Notes: generated by a model not told the origin, from the letters alone. A stretch of DNA of 64,000 nucleotides from Octopus sinensis (GCF_006345805.1 NC_042998.1:178126001-178190000); one strand, 5' to 3'. Shown: positions 12,880 to 62,427, numbered from the stretch's first letter. Program-made: numbers and translations.

Positions 12880-13990
12880 GTTATTGATAGCCTTGGGGAA
12901 ACCCTGGAATTGATAGAAAGGGGAATCAAAAGAGCTCCGTCAACACATGCGATAGTAGTTCGATCTGATAGGGAAATTTTATTACAAGACATGCAGTTTC
13001 GGATGGGAGATTTACATATCAGACCTGGTCAAAGGTTTTTATGTTATCGCGGGTGGCAATATTATTTTCAAAAACGCTTTCAAAGCAAGAGCCTACTGCT
13101 GAGTGACTGAAGGGAGTACGTCGCCAATCTAGTTGACCTAGCTTTACAGAAACCCTACTGTGATCATCAAGATGGGCGAGAGATGATTCAAGGTTTTAGA
13201 GGCTTTTACTCATTAATAGATGTCTTTATTACCTTAGAAATATTAAAGGTGAGTTCGTTTGGGCGATATTTGGGTATCACTGAAGCATGTTTCCAAAGAT
13301 CAGGAGAGAGGCAGAACTTCAAGAGTTTGATAAAGATAATAGCTAATTCTGGCGAACAATGTTTGAAGGTAATGGAAAAAAATACAACCATGTTGATTTG
13401 ACGTGACTAGAGGTGCTTTAGCACTTGCCTGAGTATGCGAGATAGTGGATGAAGAAGAGTGTAAAAGAAGAGAATTGGAGCAAACTTGCCAAGAGTATTT
13501 TGTATGGAACTGGTTGCAAAGCAAGCAGCGAAGGTGGAAGCTTTCTTTGTGAGGGTGTTACTCATAGAACCATGGTTGAGAAAAAGGTCTCTGCAATGTT
13601 GGAAATCTTTCTGGCAAAGATCAAAAGGATTGGCTACTGATGGAAAGGCGGGCTATCTCGAGGTCTACACGATGCATGACGTTATCTTTCCCGATTCGAA
13701 TAGTGGTCTTGCAAGCATTGTGTAATTGGTAAACGTCACCCAGTTTGATGGGGTGAGTGAGTTTTTATCAGTCGTTGCAAATCCTGCCTGTTGCTAGAAT
13801 AGCTTCAACACAACTATGAGGGATTAGAAGCATTGATTTTTCTTGTGTGAATATGAGCAGAGACATGCCCAAAAGATAGTATCATTCACCTACCTAACTG
13901 CTTTGGGTGAGTCAGAAAAGAAACGTATGCTGCCAGCAGTCGTTGGCATAAAACTGGAGGAACTCCGACCTCTCGATTGACTTGAAGTAT
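12880..13990 (+). mobile_element. Highly degraded CR1/Jockey-like LINE RT remnant
   Basis: Scattered RT-like peptides (KSLLLSD, ELVAKQAAK); no intact frame. Confidence 0.35.
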
Positions 13991-15369
13991 TTGCTATTAA
14001 AGTAATCTTTCCGTATCATTATTTTACTTATTTGCTATCTAGTTTTGTAAATTCACATAGCTTCTGGTTGAGAATATTATAGCTAAAGCATGTTAATGGA
14101 ACATCTGGAGTAATAACGCTTATTATCTTATTTTGCTCTGTTTTGTGTACTCAGCTAATGCGCCCGAATGTTTGTTGTACTTTGTGTAGCTCTTATTGTA
14201 AGTCTGCATTTTATTAATTTTTATATTTATTTTCTTTATTTAACATATTAGTAGTTGTTATAAATACTCTTCTTTTCAATGTTATTTTGATACATTTTTC
14301 ATAACATGTACTGTGATGTGGAAATTGATGATTTGTATAATGTAGGGTATTTAAGTTATAGGTGTATATTTTGGAGGGCTTGAAGTTCTTTTGATAGCGA
14401 TTAAAACGGTGTCATTCTACCTGTGCAATTTAGATATCGTTTCTGGTCCTGTTAATAAATTATTAAATATTTTTGCTAATACTTTGTGTCTGTTTTCCGC
14501 GAGAACTTTAGAATTTATTCATTTCCCTGAGCTTTACATTCGTATATATTTTTTGTCACACTGGAGCTACTTATTGTGTTACTGCTCGACGCAATTTTCC
14601 CGGTGTTCATGTGTTTTGAACATTTACGCCTGTAGCAATATCTTCACTCACCACCATCCTCCTCCTCCTCCACTTCCCTCTGTTTCCTTCCCTCCTCCTA
14701 TTTCACATTTTCTTTCTACTTCTTTTACTATTCATACTGTTTCGATTTCTTTTTTTTTTCTTTTTCATTCTGTTCTTGATAAAGTTGTTTTTGATTGGGA
14801 TTGAACTATTTGTTGTGTTCAAAATGTTGTTGCTTTGCATGATAGAATATGTTTGTGATTTAGAGAGCATTCTTTGCTTTCAAGTACTTTTGTATTAAAA
14901 AATTTTTCCACATATTTCTTCTCGGGATTTTGTAATTGATTTTGTAAAGACTTTATTTTCAATGAGATACTTTTATTTTCAGTGATAGGTTTCTATGTTG
15001 TATACTTGAATTAATATGTTACTATATAAGTGGCTGTTGCTTTCCTTGCTTTTTATCTTTATGTCCGCTCTGATCAATCTTACCTATGAAAAAGATGCTT
15101 TTCAGCAGTACTCAGCCTGTTTTTTTTTTATTTCTAAGAGGTTGTTATCTTGTCTCACATTACCCAATGTGCCATTTTTTGTGAGACAAGACTATATTGG
15201 AGGGAGACTTGGCTGCTATTTCTAGCAGATTGAAAAACCTCACAGTAGCTGTATTGTTGGTTTGTTCTTGTATGAGTTGTTCATAAAGCGAGTAATGAAA
15301 TAGAAACCGATAAAATATTGGGATTTATAAAATAGACTATACTAATTGTGCCTATTCTAGAAATTACTA

Positions 15370-16265
15370 TTATTATTATTCAGTAGTATTATTTTTATAA
15401 CGTACTTTCACTGCACTACCGAGATCAGCTCTGTGTGCCTTGGGTATGTGCTGTGGTTTGCCGTGATGCTCTGATGGTTACTGTACTGGAAGTGTCTTAC
15501 GTAAGATGTGTGCGGTGCCTAGCAGTGCTATTTTCTGTATGTGATATATATATATATTAGTCTTGGTTTTTGTTATGTATTTGTCTGAATATTTTTTTAT
15601 CATACCTAATGCATCCACTATGATAGGAATTGTTTCTGCTTTTAGGCTCCACATTCAAGTTACCTCTATTTCCAGGTTTTTGCATTTTGAAAGTTTCTCC
15701 ATTTGTTTTAGAGAAGCGTTGTCATCTGCTGGTATTGATATATCAATGAGAAAACATATTTTTTATTCATGATCTCTGACAACTATATCTGGTCTATTGG
15801 TCTTAATTTCTCTATCTGTGTGTATTGGCATATCCCATAGTATTGTTGTTCTCTCATTCTCTCTCTAACCTTTTCTAGCGTGTGCCTATACCATCTTTTT
15901 TCTGTTGTTATTCCATAGTGTTGGCATAGCTTCCAGTGTATGTTGGTCTCAACTCTGATGTGTCTGTGAATATATTCCTTCTTAGCCACGACTGGGCAGC
16001 CGGAGAAAATATGAATTATTGTTTCTTCTCCATCTCCACATATTCTGCAGTTACTTGTTATATTTCTTTTCATTATGTTTTTGGTAATTTCTGGTGGGGA
16101 GGGCTTTGGTCTTGTGGTGCAATTAAAAATCCTTCAGTCTCTGTTTTCAGTCCTGATCTTCTCAGCCATTGTTTGGATTTTTCTTTGCCTATTTCTTTTG
16201 CGTCTAGTTTAATCCAGTATTTGCCATGAAGGAGCTTGTCTTGCCATCGTTTTATCATGATACGT
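15370..16265 (-). mobile_element. R4/Dong-clade LINE 3' fragment (CCHC plus restriction-like endonuclease)
   Basis: LHGKY, LKTETEGFLIAPQDQ, CRICGDGEETIIHIFSGC, ILWD..IHTDREIKTNRPDI; ends at (TAA)n. Confidence 0.85.
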
Positions 16266-16374
16266 TACTGTTCCAGTTTTAGTTTGGATTGCAGTTATTC
16301 TACAGCTTTTGATGTTTTTTCTTTTTCTTCATAGTTATTATGACTTCTTTTTGGTATTTATCAGCTTTTTTGTA

Positions 16375-16390
16375 CTTATTATTATTATTA

Positions 16391-16467
<77 letters not shown>

Positions 16468-16525
16468 GTTATTATTATTGTTGTTGTTGTTGTTGTTGTT
16501 ATTATTATTATTATTATTATTATTC
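16375..16525. repeat. (TTA)n/(TTG)n microsatellite
   Basis: Direct reading. Confidence 0.95.
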
Positions 16526-16800
16526 TATGTTTAACTTTTGCTTTATGTTTGTACAAGTTGGCTCCAAGTCTCACCCAGAGACCTCAAGAGACAACAGGTT
16601 GGAAGTTCACGTTGTTGTTATGCCTAGTGTGCCATATATTTGGGGTTTTTTTTTGGTGTTGTACTGAATGTCTAATAAATAAATTTTTAAAAAAAGTTTG
16701 TTTTAAACCTTGGGATTACATAGAGAGTATTTTGCGTAGGATATGAGCAGTTCCCATGAGCACTATCTTTTGAATTTCTGCCATTTTGGGGTTTCCTGAT
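16525..16800 (-). mobile_element. R4/Dong LINE extreme 3' end embedded in (TAA)n
   Basis: GNPKMAEIQKIVLMGTAHILRKILS-like C-terminus plus 3' UTR, with TAA arrays on both sides. Confidence 0.7.
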
Positions 16801-16809
16801 TATTATTAA

Positions 16810-16866
<57 letters not shown>

Positions 16867-16889
16867 CGTTTTTGTTGCTGGTGTTGTGA

Positions 16890-17155
16890 GAACGCGTGCC
16901 CTAGTGATGTTGCATTCACCATTGTGAGATCGGGGTTTCAGTTCATAGACCGGGTTGTGCGTTGCGTTCTTGAGCAAAACACTCCATCTCACATCGCTCT
17001 ACGATCACCTCGACAACTTACGCATGGCACACCGTGCACCTGTTCGGGCAAAGTCAATTTGATTGAGGTTGTGAGCTAATGTACAGCAAATACATTTGAT
17101 TACTATAAACAAAATCATTTGTGCAGGTCTTTCGGCAAGAGCTGAGCACTAATAT
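16890..17155 (+). mobile_element. tRNA-derived SINE, family D
   Basis: Homologous to the reverse complement of 34520-34757. Confidence 0.65.
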
Positions 17156-17284
17156 GCCGTTTTCGACATTATTGTTGTTGCTGTTGCTGCTGCTACTGCT
17201 GCTGTTACTACTGATATTGTTGTTGTTGTTGTTGTTGTTAGGTCATTTGTTCGATCCGGGTTTCGGAATTTTATATTGATCTAT

Positions 17285-17495
17285 AAGGCGGTGAGCTAGC
17301 AGAATGGTCAACATGCCGGACAAAGTGTTCGGTGGAATTTCCTCTATCTTTATGTTATGCTTTCAAAATTATGACGAGGTTGAATTTGCCTTTATTCTTT
17401 CAGGGTCGTTAAAATGGGTACTAGTTGAGTACTGGAACTGATTTAATCGATTAGCACCTCCCCCCCATCAAATGTCAGGCTTTGTGCTAATTTAT
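17285..17495 (+). mobile_element. SINE family A, diverged
   Basis: aaggcggtgagctagcagaatg head and cagggtcg...aagtac-like core. Confidence 0.65.
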
Positions 17496-17509
17496 TTTTA
17501 ATTTTTTAT

Positions 17510-17800
17510 GCGCCCTTTTCAAGCCTAGCCAGGCTCATGGGCCCGGTTTCCCGGTTTCTGTGGCGTATGTGTTTCCCCCAGCAGTCCATCGTAGCGTTTC
17601 TCAAGAAACAGGAAGAAACAGTGAGAGAAAGTGTGGCGAAAGAGTACAACAGGGGTCGTCACCACCCCCTGCCGGAGCCTCGTGGGGCCTTTAGGTGTTT
17701 TTGCTCAATAAACACGCACAACGCCCGGTCTGGGAATCGAAAACGCGATCCTCCGACCGCGAGTCAGCTGCCCTAACCGCTGGGCTATTGCGCCTCCCTT
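17510..17800 (-). mobile_element. tRNA-derived SINE, family C
   Basis: Minus strand ggaggcgcaatagcccagcggttagg...ttcgattccc tRNA-like head; head-only copy at 20770-20882. Confidence 0.75.
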
Positions 17801-18575
17801 TGTGCTAATAAAAGAAGAAAAAAAAGATATTATGAATCTTTTACGTGCGACTTTAGTTAGCAGAGGTACTATGTTGAAGTTTGACAACATCTAATTTCTT
17901 CAAACCTTCAGAATCTTTCTTAAGATTCACGCAGAACACATGATGGTACTTTTCAACAAATTGGCAATGTGTGTCTCAATTTTAGTATACTTCAGCTTCT
18001 TAGATAACAGTTAGGCTATTGCACCAGTTACCACAAGAACAATTGCCACATTTGTCTTCCCCACTCTTTTCATTTCTCTATCATCATGTAGTATTATAGA
18101 GATTATGATCAGACAGTCTATTTTTTTGTCCTCTACAATCATACCTAGTTTTCTTGCTTCAGAGGTGTTATCAGTCTTTATGAAGAAACACCATAAATCT
18201 TATAATTGCAATTTACCATTACAACCTCTGGCTTGTATTCATACCACTTTTCTGTCACTTTGAATAATCACATTCAGCTAACACCCCAAAGCACTCTTTA
18301 ACTAACAATAATACCTAAACTTATATTCCTCTTGTGCTAGCTTACGGCATTCGCATTAGTGCAGATCTGTAGAATTGTCAGAGGATCAGATAAAATGCTT
18401 AAAAGCATTTAAGTTCGGCTCCTTAAATTCTAAGTTAAAATTCCACTGAGGTCAATTTTCATTCTTTTGGGATTGACAATATAAAGTACCAGTGAAATAT
18501 CGGAGTCAATATAATCAACCAATCCTCTCCACTCAAAATCGCCGACCTTATGCCAAAATTATAAACGATCATTAT

Positions 18576-18975
18576 TACTCTTTTACTTGTTTCAGTCATT
18601 TGACTGCGGCCATGCTGGAGCACCGCCTTTAGTCGAACAAATCGACCCCAGGACTTATTCTTTGTAAGCCTAATACTTATTCTATCAGTCTCTTTTGCCG
18701 AACCGCTAAGTTACGGGGACGCAAACACACCAGCATCGGTCGTCAAGCGATGTTGCAGGGACAAATACAAACACACAAACACACACACACACATATACAT
18801 ATATATACATATATACGACGGGCTTGTTCCAGTTTTCGTCTACCAAATCCACTCACAAGGCTTTGGTCTGCCCGAGGCTGTAGTAGAAGACACTTGCTCA
18901 AGGTGGCACGCAATGGGACTGAACCCGGAACCATGTGGTTGGTAAGCAAGCTACTTATCTCACAGCCACTCCTGC
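18576..18975 (-). mobile_element. SINE family B
   Basis: Full head, internal microsatellite and (taaaagag) tail. Confidence 0.8.
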
Positions 18976-19147
18976 ACCTATTGTTTATAATATTGGCACA
19001 AGGTCTGCGATTTCTGTTATTGTTAATAGCTGTTACAGTTATTGCTGTTTTTAATGTGTATGTGTGTGTGCCGCATCTGTTTCATAAATGTTTTTAATCT
19101 TTCAGAACAGCTGATACAGTTATGAAGCTCTATTAAAAGAAGCAAAA

Positions 19148-55746
<36,599 letters not shown>

Positions 55747-56618
55747 GTGAGTTTGCATGTGATTCCGACTGTGATTGTATAAAATTCAGTCAATATTACT
55801 AATCTAATCTGCCTGTAGGGCTCTTCATTTATATAAGAGAAGTACAGAAATGAGATTCTTGTGCTATACTTCCGATCATCCATTTTACTCTTTTACTGGT
55901 TCTGACGGCACTTGCAGAAGACAAAACTCGTTTTGGAAAAATATTAAACTTCATCAATAGTCTATGCCAGTAAACTGTATCAGTAAACTCTTTCAGTAAA
56001 TTTTACATTAATTCCCTTCAGTTTGGAGATAATTTAAAAATTTACAATTTAAATTGTTAAAGGCTTGGAGAATTTTTTCAAGAACTTCTTCAACAGGAAG
56101 AATAAATACAAGTCAGACTAAAGCTGACTGAGAGACATAAAGAATTGGAATGCATAAATAAATAAGTTGTCACACCTAATATTGTTTGTTCACTTTAACG
56201 CTTTATGCACCTCAGTCACCTTAGGTCGGATAAGGAGAAAGAAATTATGTTTGACTGACATAGTGAAGTCTGCTTGGAGCTGTTTCTGTGCTACCTAACA
56301 TTGGACTCACTCCTATTGCATACATTCATTTAATTTTAATTTATTTAAATTTCAGAATTGTCTCTCTTCCTTTTCTTAACTAGAATGTACCAGTAATATA
56401 CTACAATACCTCTATAGTTTCATCGTACATTCTTAATTTGTCTTGTCAGATTCTGTTCCTGTGTTGATTCAAATTTCAGGTCGCTTTTCTTTTTCGTAAC
56501 CACATCCATCTTTTATCTGGATCTATGTTCTTCGGTATCTCTCAAAAGAACTGACAGCGCACCGTCTTATCCTTCTAGTTGTTTCTTCTCTTCGTCTCTG
56601 TCTTTATTATTATTATTA

Positions 56619-56689
<71 letters not shown>

Positions 56690-57165
56690 GAGTGAGAGAT
56701 CAGTGCATGCCATCAAAATGACACTGGGGTAAAATATACGAAGCCCAGTATACCCATCATGACTACCCGTCTGATAAGGGTACACCATGTACATGCATCA
56801 CAACCATGTGTGCGCGACGTGGTGATCTCAAATCAAAATAAACAGCACATGACCTTGCAGCTGGGACCCAATTAGAATTTTCTTCTGGTCAAGTAACCCA
56901 TCCCGCTCAAAAGGTCCCTGAATAAGGGTTGTTTAAGAATGTTGAACGAAATACCTATACCTATACTTCCAAAGGTGAATTATTCAAACCCCAAAGAATC
57001 CTTCTCAACACATGGCTACGATACTCCCCCACTACTTCTGCTCGCGATCAGAGATGCACATATCGTCAGCCACTAAGGGACATGCTCAACTGGTTATGGT
57101 CAAACAACTGACAAGCAAATCTGTGGTATTGAGCAGAATATTTGCTGTAGCCCATTATTAGACAT
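56690..57165. mobile_element. Non-coding interspersed repeat inserted in (TAT)n, possibly a Dong-related non-autonomous element
   Basis: About 470 bp of complex sequence bracketed by TAT arrays; family assignment is inference. Confidence 0.35.
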
Positions 57166-57182
57166 TATTATTATCATTATTA

Positions 57183-57218
<36 letters not shown>

Positions 57219-57239
57219 GTAGTAGTAGTATAGTAGTAA

Positions 57240-57289
<50 letters not shown>

Positions 57290-58427
57290 CCGAAGTATGT
57301 TTTGGATGCTCTTGCGCTACATTTCTACAAAAAAAACGTCTATCAATCCTAGTCAAATCAGTTAGAAAAAATATGGTTATTTTGAAAATACCAAAGAATT
57401 CTTAATGTCAGAAGAAGAACTTGCAAGTGAGAAATGTCAGTTCTCTCAATAAAATAAATATTTGTTCCACAGAGAAAAGAAACGAGAAAAACAAATGAAC
57501 AGAATTACGTGGAGACAGAAGTCGAGTAAATTTTGTAAAATGAAAAAAATTGTGAACAGGCATTGACAATAGGCCTGAATAAATACGAAGTTAAGTACCA
57601 AAGAAAGGGTATTCTACAGGGAATTTTCCAGAGTCGGATTTACCACAAAGAAATGGCATATCTACACCAGAGCCCTCTTAAGTGTTGAAAATTTGCATTT
57701 TCCCATTTTACTCAGATTATAAATCGATTACTTGCTTATATTGTTTATTGCTGTCTAGTATTACAGGTTGTATTCCATGTAATTGTGAGGTCTTACTTGA
57801 CGGATAAACTAAAAGAAAACAGAGTTTTGAAACTATCATCTCATCTTAGGCGCTTATGACTTAATGGCCTAGAGGTACTTTTGTTAGACCGTGCTTAGAG
57901 CAGAGCATCAGCTGGCCTTAATGTAGTCTTAATTGATAAGATAAATATTGATTCAAACAAATATCGATATGTTTACAAATGTGTTTTTTTAGCTATGTAG
58001 CATTAGGAGAAGAAGAAGAAGAAGAAGAAGAAGAAGAAGAGAAGAAGAAGAAGAAGAAGAAGAAGAAGAAGAAGAGAAGAAGAAGAAGAAGAAGAAGAAG
58101 AAGAAGAAGAAGAAGAAGATATAGAAAATATTAATTTTATATTTTACTGATATTTTTAAAAAAATATTAGTCCACAAAATCTCTGACGATCCTTCAGGGC
58201 AGCCTCATAACACTATCAAAAGCCGCAAGGCAAGGCTTATGCATTCCCTTCAGAACGACAAAATACCTCGGCGCTCTTCAGTTGCTGATTTTGTTATAAC
58301 TTAAAATGAAATACTAACATATTCATGACGTTTCTGCTGCTACTCGAAGAAATGCTCTAAACCAGTGGTTCCCAACCTGTGGTCCGCGGATCCCTGGTGG
58401 TCTACAAAGGTAGTACTCGGGTCCGTG

Positions 58428-59540
58428 TGCCTTAAGGCATTTTTCTAACACGCCAGCTCAAAGCTTACTCGTCCTGTCGAAAAGACGCCTGTCTGTGATG
58501 TCCTGTTTTTGTTATTATTATTATCATTATTGTTTTTACGTATTTTTATATTCTTATTCGTGAAACATCGTCCGTTTTTCCGTCCTTGTTTTGTATACAT
58601 TCGAGGCTTTCTTCCAAGGAATCTAATGCGCTTGGCTTAGATTTTCCTTTGGGGCTGGCCAGATCGGAGCAATCTCAAGATTAATCAGCCCAAATTGCGA
58701 TGATGATCCGGTTCTTGACTGTGTTTTTTGTATCGTCTTCTAAATGTTTTGCGTTCTTGTCCCAGTTGTATTTTTTTACATATACATATATATATATAGC
58801 GACGCCCGTACACTTTTGGTCTTATATGTAAGTACATATTTCTTTAAACTTGATACGACTCTATAACACTGTCTCTCTCCCCCCTCTCCTACATTTCTCT
58901 GCCTTTCACACTTTTCACTCCACTTTGATCTGTCTCTTTCTCTCTCTCTTCTCCTCCTCCTTTGTTCCTTGTTCCCCTTTTTTCTCTCTTCATCTGTCCC
59001 TCTTTTCCTCTCTCTTCTCCTCACACGTGACTAACCGACCGATTGCTGGCCTTTCGTTGTCAGCAGTCGTCGCGGCAAGACACATTTTTTCTCTCTCTTG
59101 CCTTAAGGCATTTTTCTAACACGCCAGCTCAAAGTTTACTCGTCCTGTCGAAAAGACGCCTGTCTGTGACATCCTGTTTTTGTTATTATTAATATTATTA
59201 TTATTATTATTATTGTTTTTACGTATTTTTGTATTCTTATTTGCGCTATCATTATTGTTTTTAAGTATTTTTGTATTCTTATTCGTGTAACATCGTCCGT
59301 TTTTCCGTCCTTGTTTTGTATACATTCGAGGCTTTCTTCCAAGGAATCTAATGCACTTTGCTTAGATTTTCCTTTGGGGCTGGCCAGATCGGAGCAATCT
59401 CAAGATTAATCAGCCAAAATTGCGATGATGATCCGGTTCTTGACTGAAGATTGAAGGCTTCGAATGTCCCGTCCGTGTTTTTTGTATCGTCTTCTAAATG
59501 TTTTGTGTTCTTGTCCCAGTTGTATTTTTTTACATATACA
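58428..59540 (+). mobile_element. Mini-element 1: direct repeat - intron-containing spacer - direct repeat
   Basis: 58428-58785 repeats at 59099-59540; spacer has GTAAGT (58828), branch point GACTAAC (59029-59035) and CAG acceptor (59063). Confidence 0.7.
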
Positions 59541-59587
59541 TATATATATATATATAATATATATATATATAATATATATATATATAT

Positions 59588-60751
59588 ATGTTAATAAAAT
59601 AGAACATATGCATATATATAAACATATATGTACGTACCTACCTCTACATGTACATATACACGCATATATGTGTACAGGACACCAAAAAGACGTCGAACAC
59701 ATAGAGAGACGAAACACATAGACACAAACCAAGGAACAAGACAAGCAAAAAAAAGAGATACAGGACAATAAGCACAACGAAAAATCCCTTCTTCAGTCGC
59801 TAAGGTTTCATCTACTAAACGTTTCGAAGGATAAAAGCGAGACGTATACTTCGAAGAAAACTTCCTTCCCGCGAAAAGCAAATCAATTAAAATTCTGAGA
59901 TCTTTTCGCAGAGGGGTAAAAAAAAAGCAAGACGGTAACGACAGTACAAACATATAAACAGTAAAAAATATATATATAAACAGTGGAAAAATAAATATAT
60001 AACAGTGAGAGACAGGACAAGGAGAACAAGATAAGAAGGGCTGTTAACGCCAGACGAAAAAAGTATTGCAAACGCTGGATTATCGTGGACGACGAGAGAG
60101 AGAAAATATGTCGACCAGTAGCCTTACAAGGCGGGCGAGAAAAGACAGGATAGCAGTTACGACGGAAGTATCGTCGCAGATGGACGACGGGAATGGGGGA
60201 GGAGGAGCAAGAGGAAGAGAGAGAAGAAGGGGAGTGGTGCGAGGAGACCATGAAGAATGGTGAAAGGGAGAGAGAGAATGAAGAATGAGAGAGAGAGGAA
60301 GAGACAAGTTAAGTGAGGGAAAAAAAGACGAAAAAGGGAATGGGAGAGAAAGAAAGAAAGATGCAGAGTCGCGTGAGAGTTAATATCAAGGCTAACTTGA
60401 TAAACAGAACAATCTTACTTATTAGGGTGCGTGCGTTTAGTCGTATAATATGTTAATAAAATAGAACATATGCATATATATAACATATATGTACGTACCT
60501 ACCTCTACATGTACATATACACGCATATATGTGTACAGGACACCAAAAAGACGTCGAACACATAGAGAGACGAAACACATAGACACAAACCAAGGAACAA
60601 GACAAGCAAAAAAAAGAGAGATACAGGACAATAAGCACAACGAAAAATCCCCTTCTTCAGTCGCTAAGGTTTCATCTACTAACGTTTCGAAGGATAAAAG
60701 CGAGACGTATACTTCGAAGAAAACTTCCTTCCCGCGAAAAGCAAATCAATT

Positions 60752-60756
<5 letters not shown>
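59588..60756 (-). mobile_element. Mini-element 2: 306-bp direct repeats around a 556-bp spacer
   Basis: 59588-59893 is nearly identical to 60450-60756; both outer ends abut (TA)n. Confidence 0.75.
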
Positions 60757-60799
<43 letters not shown>

Positions 60800-60813
60800 C
60801 ATACATACATACA

Positions 60814-60845
<32 letters not shown>

Positions 60846-62367
60846 CATACATACATAAGGATAGGCATGTTGTTAAAAGCAGTCCGTGGGAAAACTCATT
60901 TAAATAAAAGGGGTCCTTGGTAATGAAAAGTTTGCAAACGACTACTTTAAACAACCAATCAAAACGAGGAAAATTGAACTATACAACATCATAACTCTTA
61001 CGCCTAGGTCCACTGGGTACACCCAACTCATCTCTTCTCACTGTTGCTGTCTCTCCCAAATCTCAATTTAATCCATTTACCTAGTTCGTCTTCCTCCAAC
61101 CACGTTTTTCTGCAGACCTTGTACCACACAAGTTTAGACTAAATATCAGTTACACCGATCATACCAGTTTGTGAATCTCCTGATATGAGCTAATTTTGTT
61201 CTTTTTTAAAATTTTTCACTTTCATTTTCTATTCATAGTTTAACATTAACTCTATTCACAGCTCAACATTAACTCGCTCATAACTTAATCGCCTTACTTC
61301 TCTTCATCTGCTGACAATCTCAACCCCTAGCATTCGCAACAGTTATTGTTGCGAATATCATTATATATGACTTTACAAAACCCTACGTGCAATCAGTGTT
61401 TGAAACGGAGAATAGTAATTTCACATAATGTTAGGTTTTACACACTTTCCCACTCAACTGAAGAGAAACTGATTTCCAGTGGGTGGTTCTTCTATATAAA
61501 CGAGGACTGGATTCGAATTTCGGTTGCAGTAACAACTACACCACTTTGCCTAGGTCATTAACCCTTTGAAAAAGAATTGAACAAACTTCAGAATCTTAGC
61601 TAATCATATTTATATATTTATTTTTGTTATAAATCAATACTTTTATATTATTACTGGTTTACGCAAGATTTAATGGTTCCATCGTACGCATTCCTAACAA
61701 AAATGTTATTGCATTTTCTCATCGGATCCTATTAAACGCAAAAGCAATGCCTCTGAGCAAATGAAAGAATTAATGAAAATGCGTTAAAAGAGAAACAGCA
61801 AACTATTTTATATCAGAGTTAAAATAAAATTAGTTTTGTGTTGATGTCGTAATAAAACACTGTTACTATTGCTAGAGACAGTAAAGATGAATGGGGAAGA
61901 GTAGACAGCCCGGCGTACTAATGTTTCTGCCGACTCACCACCTTGATATGATATAATATTGTTTCACTTGCATTCTTTTGGTCTTTTATTCTAACTATAA
62001 TACTGTTTCCCTTTTATCCTTTGATTTTTAATTCTAATGTGATAGTACTATGATCATCTTATTTTATACATTTACCGTTCAGTCACCAGTTGATAATTAT
62101 CGTAGCAGTTGCAACGTTGCAATACATTTACAGTTACATATTAATCTTCAAATCAACATTTAATACATGTGCTTAATTTATATGAAATTCTTTCTCTCAT
62201 TGTCTCTAATCACAACAGCGACGATGTAGGTACGTGATCACCTATTTTTTTTTACCAAACCTGATGTAATTTTATGTAGGTATATATATATATATATATA
62301 ATATATGTGTGTATGTATGTATGTATGTATGTATGTATGTATGTATGTATGTATGTATGTATATATA

Positions 62368-62427
<60 letters not shown>

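Larger units (their letters stand above)
58363..60944. mobile_element. hAT MITE split by nested insertions
   Basis: Left TIR cagtggttcccaacc; degenerate right TIR aagtttgcaaacgacta; 8-bp TSD ctctaaac / ctttaaac. Confidence 0.55.

Noticed and set aside
13990-15330. Possible very old Penelope-like remnant on the minus strand
   Set aside because: Only vague peptide resemblance; no diagnostic motif could be recovered by eye.
17700-17800. tRNA-like sequences (also at 20790-20882 and 45530-45604) as tRNA genes
   Set aside because: They lack a complete cloverleaf and acceptor stem and run into SINE bodies; they are SINE heads.
59440-59475. CTGAAGA...ttcGAAT in the mini-element 1 repeat as a hammerhead
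   Set aside because: No consistent helices I-III could be drawn and GAAA is absent.
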